Shown piece after piece: positions 10,215 to 19,840 of a stretch of 64,000 nt of DNA. This DNA is from Candidatus Heimdallarchaeota archaeon (GTDB lineage: Archaea; Asgardarchaeota; Heimdallarchaeia; Heimdallarchaeales; Heimdallarchaeaceae): assembly GCA_021399345.1 (NCBI GenBank), contig JAAFKI010000010.1, positions 27,046 through 91,045 on the forward strand. Reading direction: 5' to 3'. Position numbers and translations under genes: made by a program. How positions within the stretch are numbered: the first letter of the stretch is position 1; each line of letters opens with the position of its first letter. The notes under the pieces were generated by a model. That model was not told the origin of the DNA. It searched no databases and saw only the letters and a program-made list of their open reading frames with translations.

Positions 10215-10784
10215 ATGAATAACAATGTGAGTTATTTTGTTCATCCTACAGCTTTTATCGAGGATGATGTTACAATTGGAGATGGAACAAAAATTTGGCA
10301 TCAAGTACAAGTGAGAAAGGGTACAACTATTGGAAAAAATTGTATCTTTGGAAAATCTGTTTTTGTTGATTTTGAGGTTAAGATTGGAGATAATGTGAAG
10401 ATACAAAATTTCGTTTCAGTATACCATGGTGTAACTCTTGAGGACGATGTATTTGTTGGTCCTCATGTTTGTTTTACAAATGATTACTTGCCACGAGCTG
10501 CAAATCCTGAATGGGAATTAGTACCAACCCTAGTCAAAAAAGGTGCTTCGATAGGAGCTAATGCTACTGTAGTGTGTGGAATAACTGTGGAAGAATATGC
10601 AATGATAGGTGCAGGAAGTCTTGTTTCAAAAGATGTACCAGCGCATGCTTTAGTTTTTGGTAATCCTGCAAGATTGAAAGGATATGTTTGTTATTGTGGT
10701 CATGTTATAACCAAAACAGATGATTATTTACCTTCTGGTACTATACTTACATGTGAAAAGTGTGACAAAGAAAATATAATATAG
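10215..10784 (+). CDS. hexapeptide-repeat sugar N-acetyltransferase (WbpD-like) with C-terminal Zn-ribbon-like Cys pairs
   Basis: VHPTA, IWH, KIQN, FVGPHVCFTND, GNPAR, CYCG...CEKC. Confidence 0.9.
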   Translation: MNNNVSYFVHPTAFIEDDVTIGDGTKIWHQVQVRKGTTIGKNCIFGKSVFVDFEVKIGDNVKIQNFVSVYHGVTLEDDVFVGPHVCFTNDYLPRAANPEWELVPTLVKKGASIGANATVVCGITVEEYAMIGAGSLVSKDVPAHALVFGNPARLKGYVCYCGHVITKTDDYLPSGTILTCEKCDKENII

Positions 10785-10988
10785 TAAATTTAGGAACTTT
10801 ACATATTGCCAGAGCGGTAGAACATTTCTATTTCTTTTCTGAATTCTCTCTACATCCGACACAAACCTTAAATAACATGTTTACTTGATAACAAACTACT
10901 GAATCATCAAGAATGAAGAGTGTTACAAATCTATAAATGCAAAATCGTACACTAATATGATGATTAAAATTTGTTTAGGGGTTAACAA

Positions 10989-11198
10989 ATGAATTTAATT
11001 TCAATAAGATTGCCAAGTGAGTTTGTTGAAATTCTGGATGAAATGGTCCTACAGGGTAGATATGCTTCAAGATCTGAAGCAATAAGGCTCGCGCTTAGAG
11101 ATTTTTATAGGGAACACTATGCATCAAAACAATCAACTGATTTTCGTTTCCCAAATATTGACAACAAATATAATAATATCATTTTTGAAGATGATTAG
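10989..11198 (+). CDS. ribbon-helix-helix (CopG/CdrS-like) transcription factor
   Basis: ISIRLP...LDEMV..GRYASRSEAIRLALRD. Confidence 0.88.
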   Translation: MNLISIRLPSEFVEILDEMVLQGRYASRSEAIRLALRDFYREHYASKQSTDFRFPNIDNKYNNIIFEDD

Positions 11199-11364
11199 AT
11201 TCTTCAATTTCATCTATTTCCATCTATAAGGAGCATTTGAAGAAACGTTAGGTTTAACAAAGTGAGATTTTTTAGTAATATACAATCAGATTAAATGTGT
11301 CTTGGAGATAATCCAATACTGAAGTGTTAACTTTGAGATTAGATCTCTTTACTGAAATCCAATA

Positions 11365-12396
11365 TTGGTGGAAAAGATGGTAGACATGAAACAAGATGAT
11401 TCTAATGAAACAAGCTCCCTTGATGTAACAAAGAAGAATCGTTTTGTAAAGACTCAAAATTTCTTTTCAAAAATTAATGAAAAAATAACTCCTGCTTTAC
11501 CTTATCTGAAAAATAGATACCTGAGATATTCTGTTTCTTTCGTCCTTCTAGGACTTGTAGTTTATCTTTACATTCTTTTTGAAACATTTCGTGAAGAAGA
11601 GAAAGCAAAGTTTCTATCCATCCCAATTCCTACGGCTGCTCTTGTTCCTATGGGTTTAGTGTTTGCTCTTATCATGGTTCTATATGTTTCGTGGGATGAT
11701 CCTTTTTTCAAGAAATACAGAACCCCTGGTTTGTATATGGTTATCTTAACAACTGTTTTTTATGCATTAATTTTTTCAGGTATAGATACCTTTCTTTTTG
11801 ATTTAGGAATAGCTAGATGGCTAACAAAACTAACTGGAACTATAGTGTCTTCTTTATTGATTGCTTTTGGTATGAATATTAGTGATGTTACTTGGTTAAC
11901 AACGAGTTATATGACTAAAATTGATTTTATGACAGCTCCTAGTGGAGAAGCCGCAATACTCATTGATGCTAGGTGTAGTGGTATTCATTCCCTTACAATC
12001 TTTACAGCCATATTCCTAATCATGTTATTTGAAGCAAGAAAAAGACTACGTTGGAATTATAGAACAGGACTTGTTACATTAATTGGAATTTTTGGAACCT
12101 ACTTCATCAATATTTTACGAATTATCATAGTAATTTCATTATACTACTTCTATGGAAGAGAGGTTGGAGAACCAGTACATAATTACCTCGGCTACATTAT
12201 GCTTATTTTATGGATACCTGTTTTCTGGTTATTTATACTTCCTTTGAGTGAGAAAAAGGAGATTAGAGAACAAAGAAAACAAAAACGATTAGAAAGAAAA
12301 AAGAAGAAAAAAAAGAAAAATCGCAAAATAAGAACAGAAAACGTAGAAGAAAAGACCTCTGAAAGCGATATTGATGACTCTAGTTCTTCTTTATAG
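11365..12396 (+). CDS. exosortase/archaeosortase family transpeptidase
   Basis: Polytopic; Cys in IDARCSG, Arg in INILRI, His in VHNYLG; very basic C-terminal tail. Confidence 0.88.
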   Translation: MVEKMVDMKQDDSNETSSLDVTKKNRFVKTQNFFSKINEKITPALPYLKNRYLRYSVSFVLLGLVVYLYILFETFREEEKAKFLSIPIPTAALVPMGLVFALIMVLYVSWDDPFFKKYRTPGLYMVILTTVFYALIFSGIDTFLFDLGIARWLTKLTGTIVSSLLIAFGMNISDVTWLTTSYMTKIDFMTAPSGEAAILIDARCSGIHSLTIFTAIFLIMLFEARKRLRWNYRTGLVTLIGIFGTYFINILRIIIVISLYYFYGREVGEPVHNYLGYIMLILWIPVFWLFILPLSEKKEIREQRKQKRLERKKKKKKKNRKIRTENVEEKTSESDIDDSSSSL

Positions 12397-13536
12397 ATTT
12401 TCAAAAACCATTTTTGTTTTTTCTGCAGTATTTTGCCATGAAAGCTGTTTTACTACTTCCTTAGACTTTTTCTGAATTTCCTCAATCATCTTTGGATTGT
12501 TATGGATTTCAATTGCTTTTGCAGCAAAATGGTCAACAGATCTAGGTGTGATTATCAAAGTATTCTTGTGGTCGAAAGTATCTGCTTCAGGAGTTGTTAA
12601 TACAGGTGTTTGACATGCAAGAGCTTCAAGTAAGACTAAGCTCATCCCCTCATGACTAGATGGTAGTAAAAATAGATCTACAGAACTGAAAAAAGTATTC
12701 TTTCTATAATTGTCGTATATGTATCCGTAATCTATAATATTCTCTTTTAACCCCAGCTTATTAATCTGGTTTAATATTTTCTTTCTTGAATTCAAATCAT
12801 CTCCTGCAATGAGCAATTTGACTTCAGGTATTTTTTCTTTAATTTTCTTAATTATTGGCAGAATTAAATGAGCTCCTTTTCCTGCTGTCATTCTTCCAAG
12901 GAACCCTAAAACCAATTCATTTTCCTTCTTATTGTAGATCTTTTCGTCTGTTTTGTAATGAATTCTTGAATCTACACCATTTGGGATGATAGTTATTTTT
13001 TCTTCTTCAATAGAGTAACATTTAACTAATTCCTCTTTAATGGCTTCACTAACTGCTATTAAATGACTGGCTCTTTTTAGAATTCTTTTTTCCACGAATT
13101 TCAATAATGGAAATAGAAGACGAACCCTTCGTTCAACCCAACTTAATTGTTTGAAAGGTAATTTGTCAACTCCTCGTTTTTCCCTGCTAAAAGTGGTATG
13201 AACGGTTTCAACAATGGGATATTTGTTTTTAATTCCTAATGACGATAGTAGATTCATATTTCCTTGAACTACATCGGGATTTAGTTTCTTAACAATTTCT
13301 TTTGACCTCTTCCAGTAGTTTCTAGAATAGAAATATCTTGAGGAAGAGGTTTCAATTAAGGATAAAAATGGTACTTCTATTTTTCCATTAGCTGATTCAC
13401 AATCCTTAGTTGCTGAGATAATATGTGCTTCCCAATCTCCTTCTTCGTTTAAGATCTTGGCCAATTGGAAACAATAAATCCAAGTTGCTCCCCTTCTGTA
13501 TTCTTGAGTTAGAAAGCATACTTTTTTCTTATTCAT
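12391..13536 (-). CDS. glycosyltransferase family 4
   Basis: TVH, AVS, IPNGVD, GRMTAGKG, PSSHEGMSLVLLEA. Confidence 0.93.
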   Translation of the reverse strand: MNKKKVCFLTQEYRRGATWIYCFQLAKILNEEGDWEAHIISATKDCESANGKIEVPFLSLIETSSSRYFYSRNYWKRSKEIVKKLNPDVVQGNMNLLSSLGIKNKYPIVETVHTTFSREKRGVDKLPFKQLSWVERRVRLLFPLLKFVEKRILKRASHLIAVSEAIKEELVKCYSIEEEKITIIPNGVDSRIHYKTDEKIYNKKENELVLGFLGRMTAGKGAHLILPIIKKIKEKIPEVKLLIAGDDLNSRKKILNQINKLGLKENIIDYGYIYDNYRKNTFFSSVDLFLLPSSHEGMSLVLLEALACQTPVLTTPEADTFDHKNTLIITPRSVDHFAAKAIEIHNNPKMIEEIQKKSKEVVKQLSWQNTAEKTKMVFENL

Positions 13537-13540
13537 TATA

Positions 13541-14425
13541 TTACACCTGAATTAATTCTTCAAAGCGAATAGCTAAAGTTTTCTTAACAACATCTTTGTA
13601 GTTTTTGTGAGTAACCGGTTTCATATCAAGCTTAATTACTAGTTTAAAGAGGTCTTCCAACAGTTTTCGCAGTTTAAAAGGCTCATAAATTGCATGAAGA
13701 TAAAAACAAACATAGTCAGTGCTTTGATCTGTATATTGTTTGAAATTTTTTCTATATATTTTCTTTATTTCTTCGATACTTTTTCCCTTTTGTAACAACT
13801 CTTCAAAAGTTGGCTCAGTAACAGGAAGTTGGAGAATCTGTTGTGACTTCTTTTCTGTAGTTTCAAATTGTAATTGGAACGGTTCTGAATACTTATAGTC
13901 AGCTAAGAATTCTACTCCCTTTTCTTTCATGATTTGAAAATAGAATTTGTTTGTCTGGAAGTTTGGAGCCGCATTTGTTATAGGTACAGAATTGAATATT
14001 TGATTGTATTCTATGAAAATCTTCTCTATAAATTTTGATGTCTTTTCAAAAGAAAATCTCCTAAAGTTCGAAGACCATTCGACATGATTGTAACCATGAG
14101 GATGAATTTCAAATAATTCCTTATCATTATAGTTTTTCAAAAGTGTTTTTGCCGATTCTCTTATTCTTGCAGGTGGTAGAAGGACTCCGCGAAATAGGCT
14201 TTGTATGCTGTTTCTTCTCCATGGAGATATTGTAGAAAAAATCTTTTCCTTATGCCTTATTTTCCTGAAGATATTTCTCCCAGTAGCATATTTGCCTAAA
14301 CTTAGGTAAATGGTTGTAGGAATACCTAATTTCTCGACTATGTTGTAAATTTGAGGAATGCCTTTTTTCAAACCTTCAAATGTATCAACATCTACTCTTA
14401 GACAAAAGTGGGTTTCAGTATTCAT
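13541..14425 (-). CDS. ArnD-like polysaccharide deacetylase/deformylase
   Basis: LRVDVDTFEG, HPHGYNHVEW, QLPVTEPTFEE, YLHAIYE parallel the ArnD blocks. Confidence 0.8.
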   Translation of the reverse strand: MNTETHFCLRVDVDTFEGLKKGIPQIYNIVEKLGIPTTIYLSLGKYATGRNIFRKIRHKEKIFSTISPWRRNSIQSLFRGVLLPPARIRESAKTLLKNYNDKELFEIHPHGYNHVEWSSNFRRFSFEKTSKFIEKIFIEYNQIFNSVPITNAAPNFQTNKFYFQIMKEKGVEFLADYKYSEPFQLQFETTEKKSQQILQLPVTEPTFEELLQKGKSIEEIKKIYRKNFKQYTDQSTDYVCFYLHAIYEPFKLRKLLEDLFKLVIKLDMKPVTHKNYKDVVKKTLAIRFEELIQV

Positions 14426-14458
14426 TTTGTCACTTAACTCTTGTTTTTCTTTGTAATA

Positions 14459-15670
14459 TCAGCTTTCTATCGCACTATAATATACTTGTTCAATCTCTTT
14501 AGCTTTCTTCTCCCAAGTATAATTTTCAAGAACCTCTTCATACCCCAGCTTTCCTAACTCTTTTCTTCTTTTCTCAGATTCTAAAAGACTATTAATTCCA
14601 TCAGCCAATCCAGATGGGTTCATTGAAGGAACAAGGACACAGTTTTCTCCAAATTTTGTTATTTCTCTAATTCCTGGAATATCCGATGCAACAACGGGTT
14701 TCTTCATCGCCATAGCTTCTAAGACACTAATGCTAGAAGCTTCAACTATACTTGGAACAGCAACAATATCTGCCTTTGATAGGTATGAAGGTATTTCATC
14801 ATTAGGGACCATTCCTATCAAACGGGTATTTTTATGCAATTTTAGTTTGTTAATCTCATTTTGAATTTTTTCTCTTTCAGGACCATCACCAATTATGAAA
14901 AGAATGGCATCAGGGTATTTTTCTACAACCTTTTGAAAACTTTGAACTAAACATATTACTCCATTCTTAGCAACTAATCTTCTAGACGTCATTATAATGG
15001 GTCCTGTTTCCTTAAAAATAGAGGGATTTGGTTTTACGTCAGGTGAAAATTTACCAATATCTACACCGTTGAGAATGGTTATTATTCGTTTTTTATACTT
15101 AGGCTTCACCCAATCTTTTACAGTTTCTGCAAAATCATAATCAGTATGTATTTGAACTTCACTTCTTTTTACAAGAAAAGGAGCAAGAAAACGTTCCATC
15201 TTTCTGTAAAAACCAGCTTTAAATTTATTTGGTAATATTTGATTCCAATATTTGTAATATGATCCATGAATTGTATTGATTATTTTAGCTTTGTTTCTCT
15301 TTCCAATAATTCTTGCAGCAATACCTGCTGAATATATGTGTCCATGACAAATATCGAAAGATTGCTCTCTTCCTTTTTTTGAACGGAAAAATAATGATTT
15401 TGTAAGAAAAGAAAACTGTCTTGAGAAATTCAACTGTTGAGGATTATAAGAGCGTTTTATTATCCCCCCGAAATCGATTCTCTTGATATTCACTCCTTCA
15501 ATTAGTGCTTCTTTTTTTGAGTTGGGTATGGCCCCAGTAATATAAGTGACTTCATGCCCTCGTTTAACTAGTTCCTTTGCTAAATTTATAGCGTGAAGTT
15601 CAACTCCTCCACCAATACTTCCTTCATCGTTAGGACCTAACTCAAAGATCATTGCTATTTTCAATGGCAT
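14459..15670 (-). CDS. glycosyltransferase family 4
   Basis: GGGVE, GHEV, TIHG, NGVD, PSIVEASSISVLEAMA; start taken at MPLKIAM just after the GT2 stop. Confidence 0.93.
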   Translation of the reverse strand: MPLKIAMIFELGPNDEGSIGGGVELHAINLAKELVKRGHEVTYITGAIPNSKKEALIEGVNIKRIDFGGIIKRSYNPQQLNFSRQFSFLTKSLFFRSKKGREQSFDICHGHIYSAGIAARIIGKRNKAKIINTIHGSYYKYWNQILPNKFKAGFYRKMERFLAPFLVKRSEVQIHTDYDFAETVKDWVKPKYKKRIITILNGVDIGKFSPDVKPNPSIFKETGPIIMTSRRLVAKNGVICLVQSFQKVVEKYPDAILFIIGDGPEREKIQNEINKLKLHKNTRLIGMVPNDEIPSYLSKADIVAVPSIVEASSISVLEAMAMKKPVVASDIPGIREITKFGENCVLVPSMNPSGLADGINSLLESEKRRKELGKLGYEEVLENYTWEKKAKEIEQVYYSAIES

Positions 15671-15671
15671 T

Positions 15672-16661
15672 CTAATCACGCTTCTTTTTTGATGCAAAAA
15701 TCTCTTGTAGAATCCCTAAACTCCAGAAAATATGACCTTCTATAAACATTAGAGGTAGCATAAAAAGGAATTGCCAATGCCTGTATTTTATCGTTTGAAC
15801 AATTGAGACGATTTGAATCGCGATTATGTACAAACCAAAATACACCGCTATTCCTACTCCCATCCATAGATTAACAAAAAGTACTATTGGTAGAAATAAA
15901 CCTGTAAGAAAATACAGTACTGGTAATAGGTGCCATAACTCTAATCCCTCTTTATGTGTTCTGAAAAATTGTATTTTTCCTATAGCATATTTTTTTGACT
16001 TATTTCGAAATGCTTTGTGTTTCTGAGGTCTTTGGTGGTAAATTATTGCACTAGGTGTAAAAAAGAGTTTTTTCCCTTTCTGAATTAATCTATAATTGAT
16101 ATCTGTATCTTCAGCTGTAAGCAGGGATTCATTAAATGGTAAAACCTCCTCTAGAGCTTCTCTTCTATAAGCTGCATTGCATCCTGCAGCGCTTTGAACA
16201 AACCGCTCTTTTTTGTTAAATATACTCTTAACTTGTTCTGACCATCTTCCTCCAAAAATAGTGTCGTAAATAGCACTAACCGCTTTCCCAAAAAGACTCT
16301 CATCTGGATATTCTAAATGAGGGCCTGCCACACATGCGACTTCACGGTCCATTTTGTTAAAAGTTTCAATTAAATTTTTCAACCATTCTTTATCTGCTAC
16401 TATATCTGAATCTGTAAAAACAATTATATCGCCTTGAGCTATTTTTAATGCCTCATTACAAGCAGCAGCTCTTGTTCCCCTATCCTCGTAAATTATCTTG
16501 CAATCATATTCCTTGGCAATATTAATAGAATCATCAGTTGAATGGCCATCAGCAATTATAATTTCATTGGGAGCTAAACTTTGTTTTTTTATTGATTCAA
16601 GACATGCTCTCAAGGTTGAATCATTGTTGTATGTTGGAATGATTAAAGAAATACTGCTCAT
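15672..16661 (-). CDS. glycosyltransferase family 2 with C-terminal TM helices
   Basis: IIPTYN, DGHSTD, FTDSD, AEDTD; hydrophobic C-terminus. Confidence 0.93.
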   Translation of the reverse strand: MSSISLIIPTYNNDSTLRACLESIKKQSLAPNEIIIADGHSTDDSINIAKEYDCKIIYEDRGTRAAACNEALKIAQGDIIVFTDSDIVADKEWLKNLIETFNKMDREVACVAGPHLEYPDESLFGKAVSAIYDTIFGGRWSEQVKSIFNKKERFVQSAAGCNAAYRREALEEVLPFNESLLTAEDTDINYRLIQKGKKLFFTPSAIIYHQRPQKHKAFRNKSKKYAIGKIQFFRTHKEGLELWHLLPVLYFLTGLFLPIVLFVNLWMGVGIAVYFGLYIIAIQIVSIVQTIKYRHWQFLFMLPLMFIEGHIFWSLGILQEIFASKKKRD

Positions 16662-16663
16662 TA

Positions 16664-17194
16664 TTATTCTCCACTCCTTTTAATCTTTAAACGTTCTTCA
16701 TATAAGAAATGTTTTTTCTTGTACCCTTGTGATGCATACATGGCGTTTTGATATTCAAATAACTGATCTGGATTCTCTGAGAGTATGATTTCAATTTTTG
16801 TTTTTGCTTCTTCTTTCAAAACATCTAAACTTTTTGCATCTGTTAAAGGACAATACCAGACAAGCCAACGAAGACTGTATTCACTTTCATTGATTTTGTT
16901 TATTTTAAAAAAGAGGGGAAACAGTTCACAATCTAAAGGTCTGCTACTGTAAATGTCACACAAACCTTCTTCAGAAAGAAAATAACAATTGTTGCTATCT
17001 TCCCTTTTTGCAATTACTATAGTTGTATTTTCTCCCTGGTCAATATTGTTGAACCAATTTTTATTCTCTTGTAATTTGTTAATTCTTTCGAAATCACTGT
17101 TTGTTAAAGCTGGAGGTGTGCTTTTACAACACTTACTTTTACACTGTTTTGAGCAGATTTCAATTGGTTCCATTTCTCTAAGCATCCTTAGCAA
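16664..17194 (-). CDS. YkgJ family Cys-cluster (Zn/Fe-S) protein
   Basis: CSKQCKSKCC ... CYFL ... CDIYSSRPLDCELFP. Confidence 0.85.
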   Translation of the reverse strand: MLRMLREMEPIEICSKQCKSKCCKSTPPALTNSDFERINKLQENKNWFNNIDQGENTTIVIAKREDSNNCYFLSEEGLCDIYSSRPLDCELFPLFFKINKINESEYSLRWLVWYCPLTDAKSLDVLKEEAKTKIEIILSENPDQLFEYQNAMYASQGYKKKHFLYEERLKIKRSGE

Positions 17195-17209
17195 TTTTTT
17201 TGAATGATT

Positions 17210-18481
17210 CTAACTCAAATAAAATGAATCATTAATCATCTGATTCATATCATCAGCTGGTTTAATCAATTCTGTTAATCCCTTGTTAGTAAGTTGATAA
17301 ATAGCTGGTCTTGGATAGCCAAACTGTTCACTCATTGAAATTGTATATGCTCCACAATTGAGAACAACTAGTAAATCTCCTTCCTCAATCTCGAAATTGA
17401 CTGCCTCATCACTCAGTATATCTACTGGGAGACATAATGGACCACCTATGTTTGTATATTGTCCTTTTCCCCTGAAATTTGCAGGAACAACACTATAGTG
17501 CGAATATCGCATTGGAATTAGTGTATTTGCACCAACATCAATAAAAGCCCATTTTCTGCCCCACGATTTCTTTGTTCTTAACACCTTAGTAATTGCTACA
17601 AAACTATCCTCAATTAGGTATCTTCCTGGTTCAATGATTATTTTTTTGTTTTCAATATTGTCCATTTTTGTAGAAACTTGTTCACCTAGTTTTTCTAATT
17701 GAAACCCCTCTTTATCTAGAGTTGATTTGCTTGCTAATCCTCCCCCCAAATTTATTTCGGAGAGTGAAATAGCCAGTTTATCCTCCAAATCAGCAACATA
17801 CTCATTAAGAAACCCAAGTAACTCATCATAAAACTCATGTGACGTTAGGTTTGTTCCAACATGAGTATGAACTCCCACTGGATCCAAATGAGGGCTTTTC
17901 TTGGCATATTCAAATAGTTTTACTCCTCGAGAATAGTCAATTCCTAATTTGCTGTTTTTCTTTATCAACAGCTTTCTTTCAGTAGTTTCTTTCAATTTTG
18001 GATGTATTCTAACCGTGATTTTTTGAACTAACTCTAGTTTTTCCGCTATTTTTTCTACTTGTTTTATTTCGTTAAGAGATTCAACATTAAGATGATTTAT
18101 TTTATTTGCAATAGCATAATTCAATTCATCTAAAGTTTTTGCTGGACCATTAAGAACAATTTTGTTAAAGGGTACTCCTGCTTTTTCTGCCAATTTCAAT
18201 TCAAAAAGTGACATAGCTTCAATACCTAGATCAAGTTTGTGTGATTCTTGTAATATTCTGCCTAGATAGTTAGCTTTTGCGGCATATGAAATGAATAAAT
18301 CAGGAATATGCTTTCCTAACTTACTCTTTATTTCCAACACATTTTCTTTAAATCTTTGAAGGAGAAACAAGAAGAAAGGTGATGTCTTATTTTCTGCTAA
18401 TGATTCTATGTCCTTCTGTTGAATCTGTAATTTGTTGTTTTCATAGCAAAGATAGGGGTAGTTCTCTATTATGTTTAACAT
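17210..18481 (-). CDS. group IV PLP-dependent decarboxylase (LysA/ODC fold), substrate uncertain
   Basis: YAAKAN, NGPAK, HTHVGT, NLGGG, EPGRYL, GPLCLPVD, GAY. Confidence 0.9.
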   Translation of the reverse strand: MLNIIENYPYLCYENNKLQIQQKDIESLAENKTSPFFLFLLQRFKENVLEIKSKLGKHIPDLFISYAAKANYLGRILQESHKLDLGIEAMSLFELKLAEKAGVPFNKIVLNGPAKTLDELNYAIANKINHLNVESLNEIKQVEKIAEKLELVQKITVRIHPKLKETTERKLLIKKNSKLGIDYSRGVKLFEYAKKSPHLDPVGVHTHVGTNLTSHEFYDELLGFLNEYVADLEDKLAISLSEINLGGGLASKSTLDKEGFQLEKLGEQVSTKMDNIENKKIIIEPGRYLIEDSFVAITKVLRTKKSWGRKWAFIDVGANTLIPMRYSHYSVVPANFRGKGQYTNIGGPLCLPVDILSDEAVNFEIEEGDLLVVLNCGAYTISMSEQFGYPRPAIYQLTNKGLTELIKPADDMNQMINDSFYLS

Positions 18482-18602
18482 ATTGCTCTTGCGCTTACTA
18501 TAATATTCTCTTTAATTAATATTATCGCTTGGGAATATTATGTTTAAATTCCAAATATGTCATTAGCCAGCATATTTTTGAATATCCTAAAGATTCTGAT
18601 TT

Positions 18603-19763
18603 ATGGATAGAGATTCTATCTTCACCACCCTTTCTCAACTTGAAAACAATGTTAGATTACAAGAGGGAATACATGGTATAATTAAATTTTTGGCTGTTAT
18701 TGATAGATATCCTAACTACTCTATGATAAATTTGTCAAAAGAAGCTGGTTTTCCTATTCCAATATGTGTGGCCATTAGAAATGAACTTACAAAAATTGGT
18801 TGGTGTTCAAAAGAAAGTGGTGGTACTGAAATCACTGAATTAGGTTCTGAAGTTTTATCAGAACTAGGAAAATTCAATGAATCTTTCTCTTGTATTGATT
18901 GTAATGGTAGTGGGCTAAAGCTTCCCCTTGAAAATTACAAAGATTCCTTGATACAAATTAGAAAATTTACAGATATGCGTGGTTCTCCAAATACTGTAAT
19001 TGACCAATCGTTTGCTACAACAGAAACAAGTCTAGTTCGAGTTCTTACGATGGGTGACAACTATGATCTTTTCCATGAGAATTATGCGCTTGTAGGTGAC
19101 AGTGACTTAACCTGTATTCCTTTAGCACTGTTTTCTAATTCTAAATCTAGAATAGTTGTTTTCGACATAGATACAAGAATTCGAGATATAATTGATTGTG
19201 CGAATAAAGAACTTATACTAAATATTGAGTTTGTGGAACATGACTTAAGAAAGAATATTCCTGAGGAATATAAGAACCAGTTTGATTGCTTTGTAACTGA
19301 TCCACCTTATACAATTAATGGTCTCAATCTGTTTATCTCTCGAGGTATACAGCTAATAAATGATACTCAAGGTGGAAGTGGCTATCTTTCATTTGGAAGT
19401 AAACCACCTCAAGATCAACTTCAAATTCAGAAGAACTTGTCTAAAATGGGTTGTTTGTTTACCCATATTCTACCAAGATTTAATGAATATGTGGGCGCAC
19501 AAAAACTGGGTGGGGTTTCAACTTTTTATCGATTGCAAATCTTATCTGATGCTAAACCTCTCATAAGTACAGATTATGAAGGGATTCTTTATACTGGTGA
19601 AAGAAATCCAACAATAAGAGTTTATCAGTGTAAGAACTGTAAAAAAGAGATTGAAGTTGGTCAAGGTAACAATTTTGTAACCATCGAACAGCTAAAAGAG
19701 GTTGGTTGTCCGAAATGCAATTCCCATATCTTTCATAAAAAAGGAGAAAGAAAGACAAAATGA
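18603..19763 (+). CDS. BpsA/DUF43-like (branched polyamine synthase family) aminopropyl/methyltransferase with N-terminal HTH-like and C-terminal Zn-ribbon domains
   Basis: IDQSFAT, LVGDSDLT, FDIDTRI, HDLR, FVTDPPYT..G..LFISRG; CIDC, CKNC..CPKC. Confidence 0.75.
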   Translation: MDRDSIFTTLSQLENNVRLQEGIHGIIKFLAVIDRYPNYSMINLSKEAGFPIPICVAIRNELTKIGWCSKESGGTEITELGSEVLSELGKFNESFSCIDCNGSGLKLPLENYKDSLIQIRKFTDMRGSPNTVIDQSFATTETSLVRVLTMGDNYDLFHENYALVGDSDLTCIPLALFSNSKSRIVVFDIDTRIRDIIDCANKELILNIEFVEHDLRKNIPEEYKNQFDCFVTDPPYTINGLNLFISRGIQLINDTQGGSGYLSFGSKPPQDQLQIQKNLSKMGCLFTHILPRFNEYVGAQKLGGVSTFYRLQILSDAKPLISTDYEGILYTGERNPTIRVYQCKNCKKEIEVGQGNNFVTIEQLKEVGCPKCNSHIFHKKGERKTK

Positions 19764-19840
19764 TTTTAAACTGAACGTGGGATTATAGAACTAGATGCAG
19801 CAATAAATCTTTATTTAGAACAATACAGTTAGGTGTAAAC

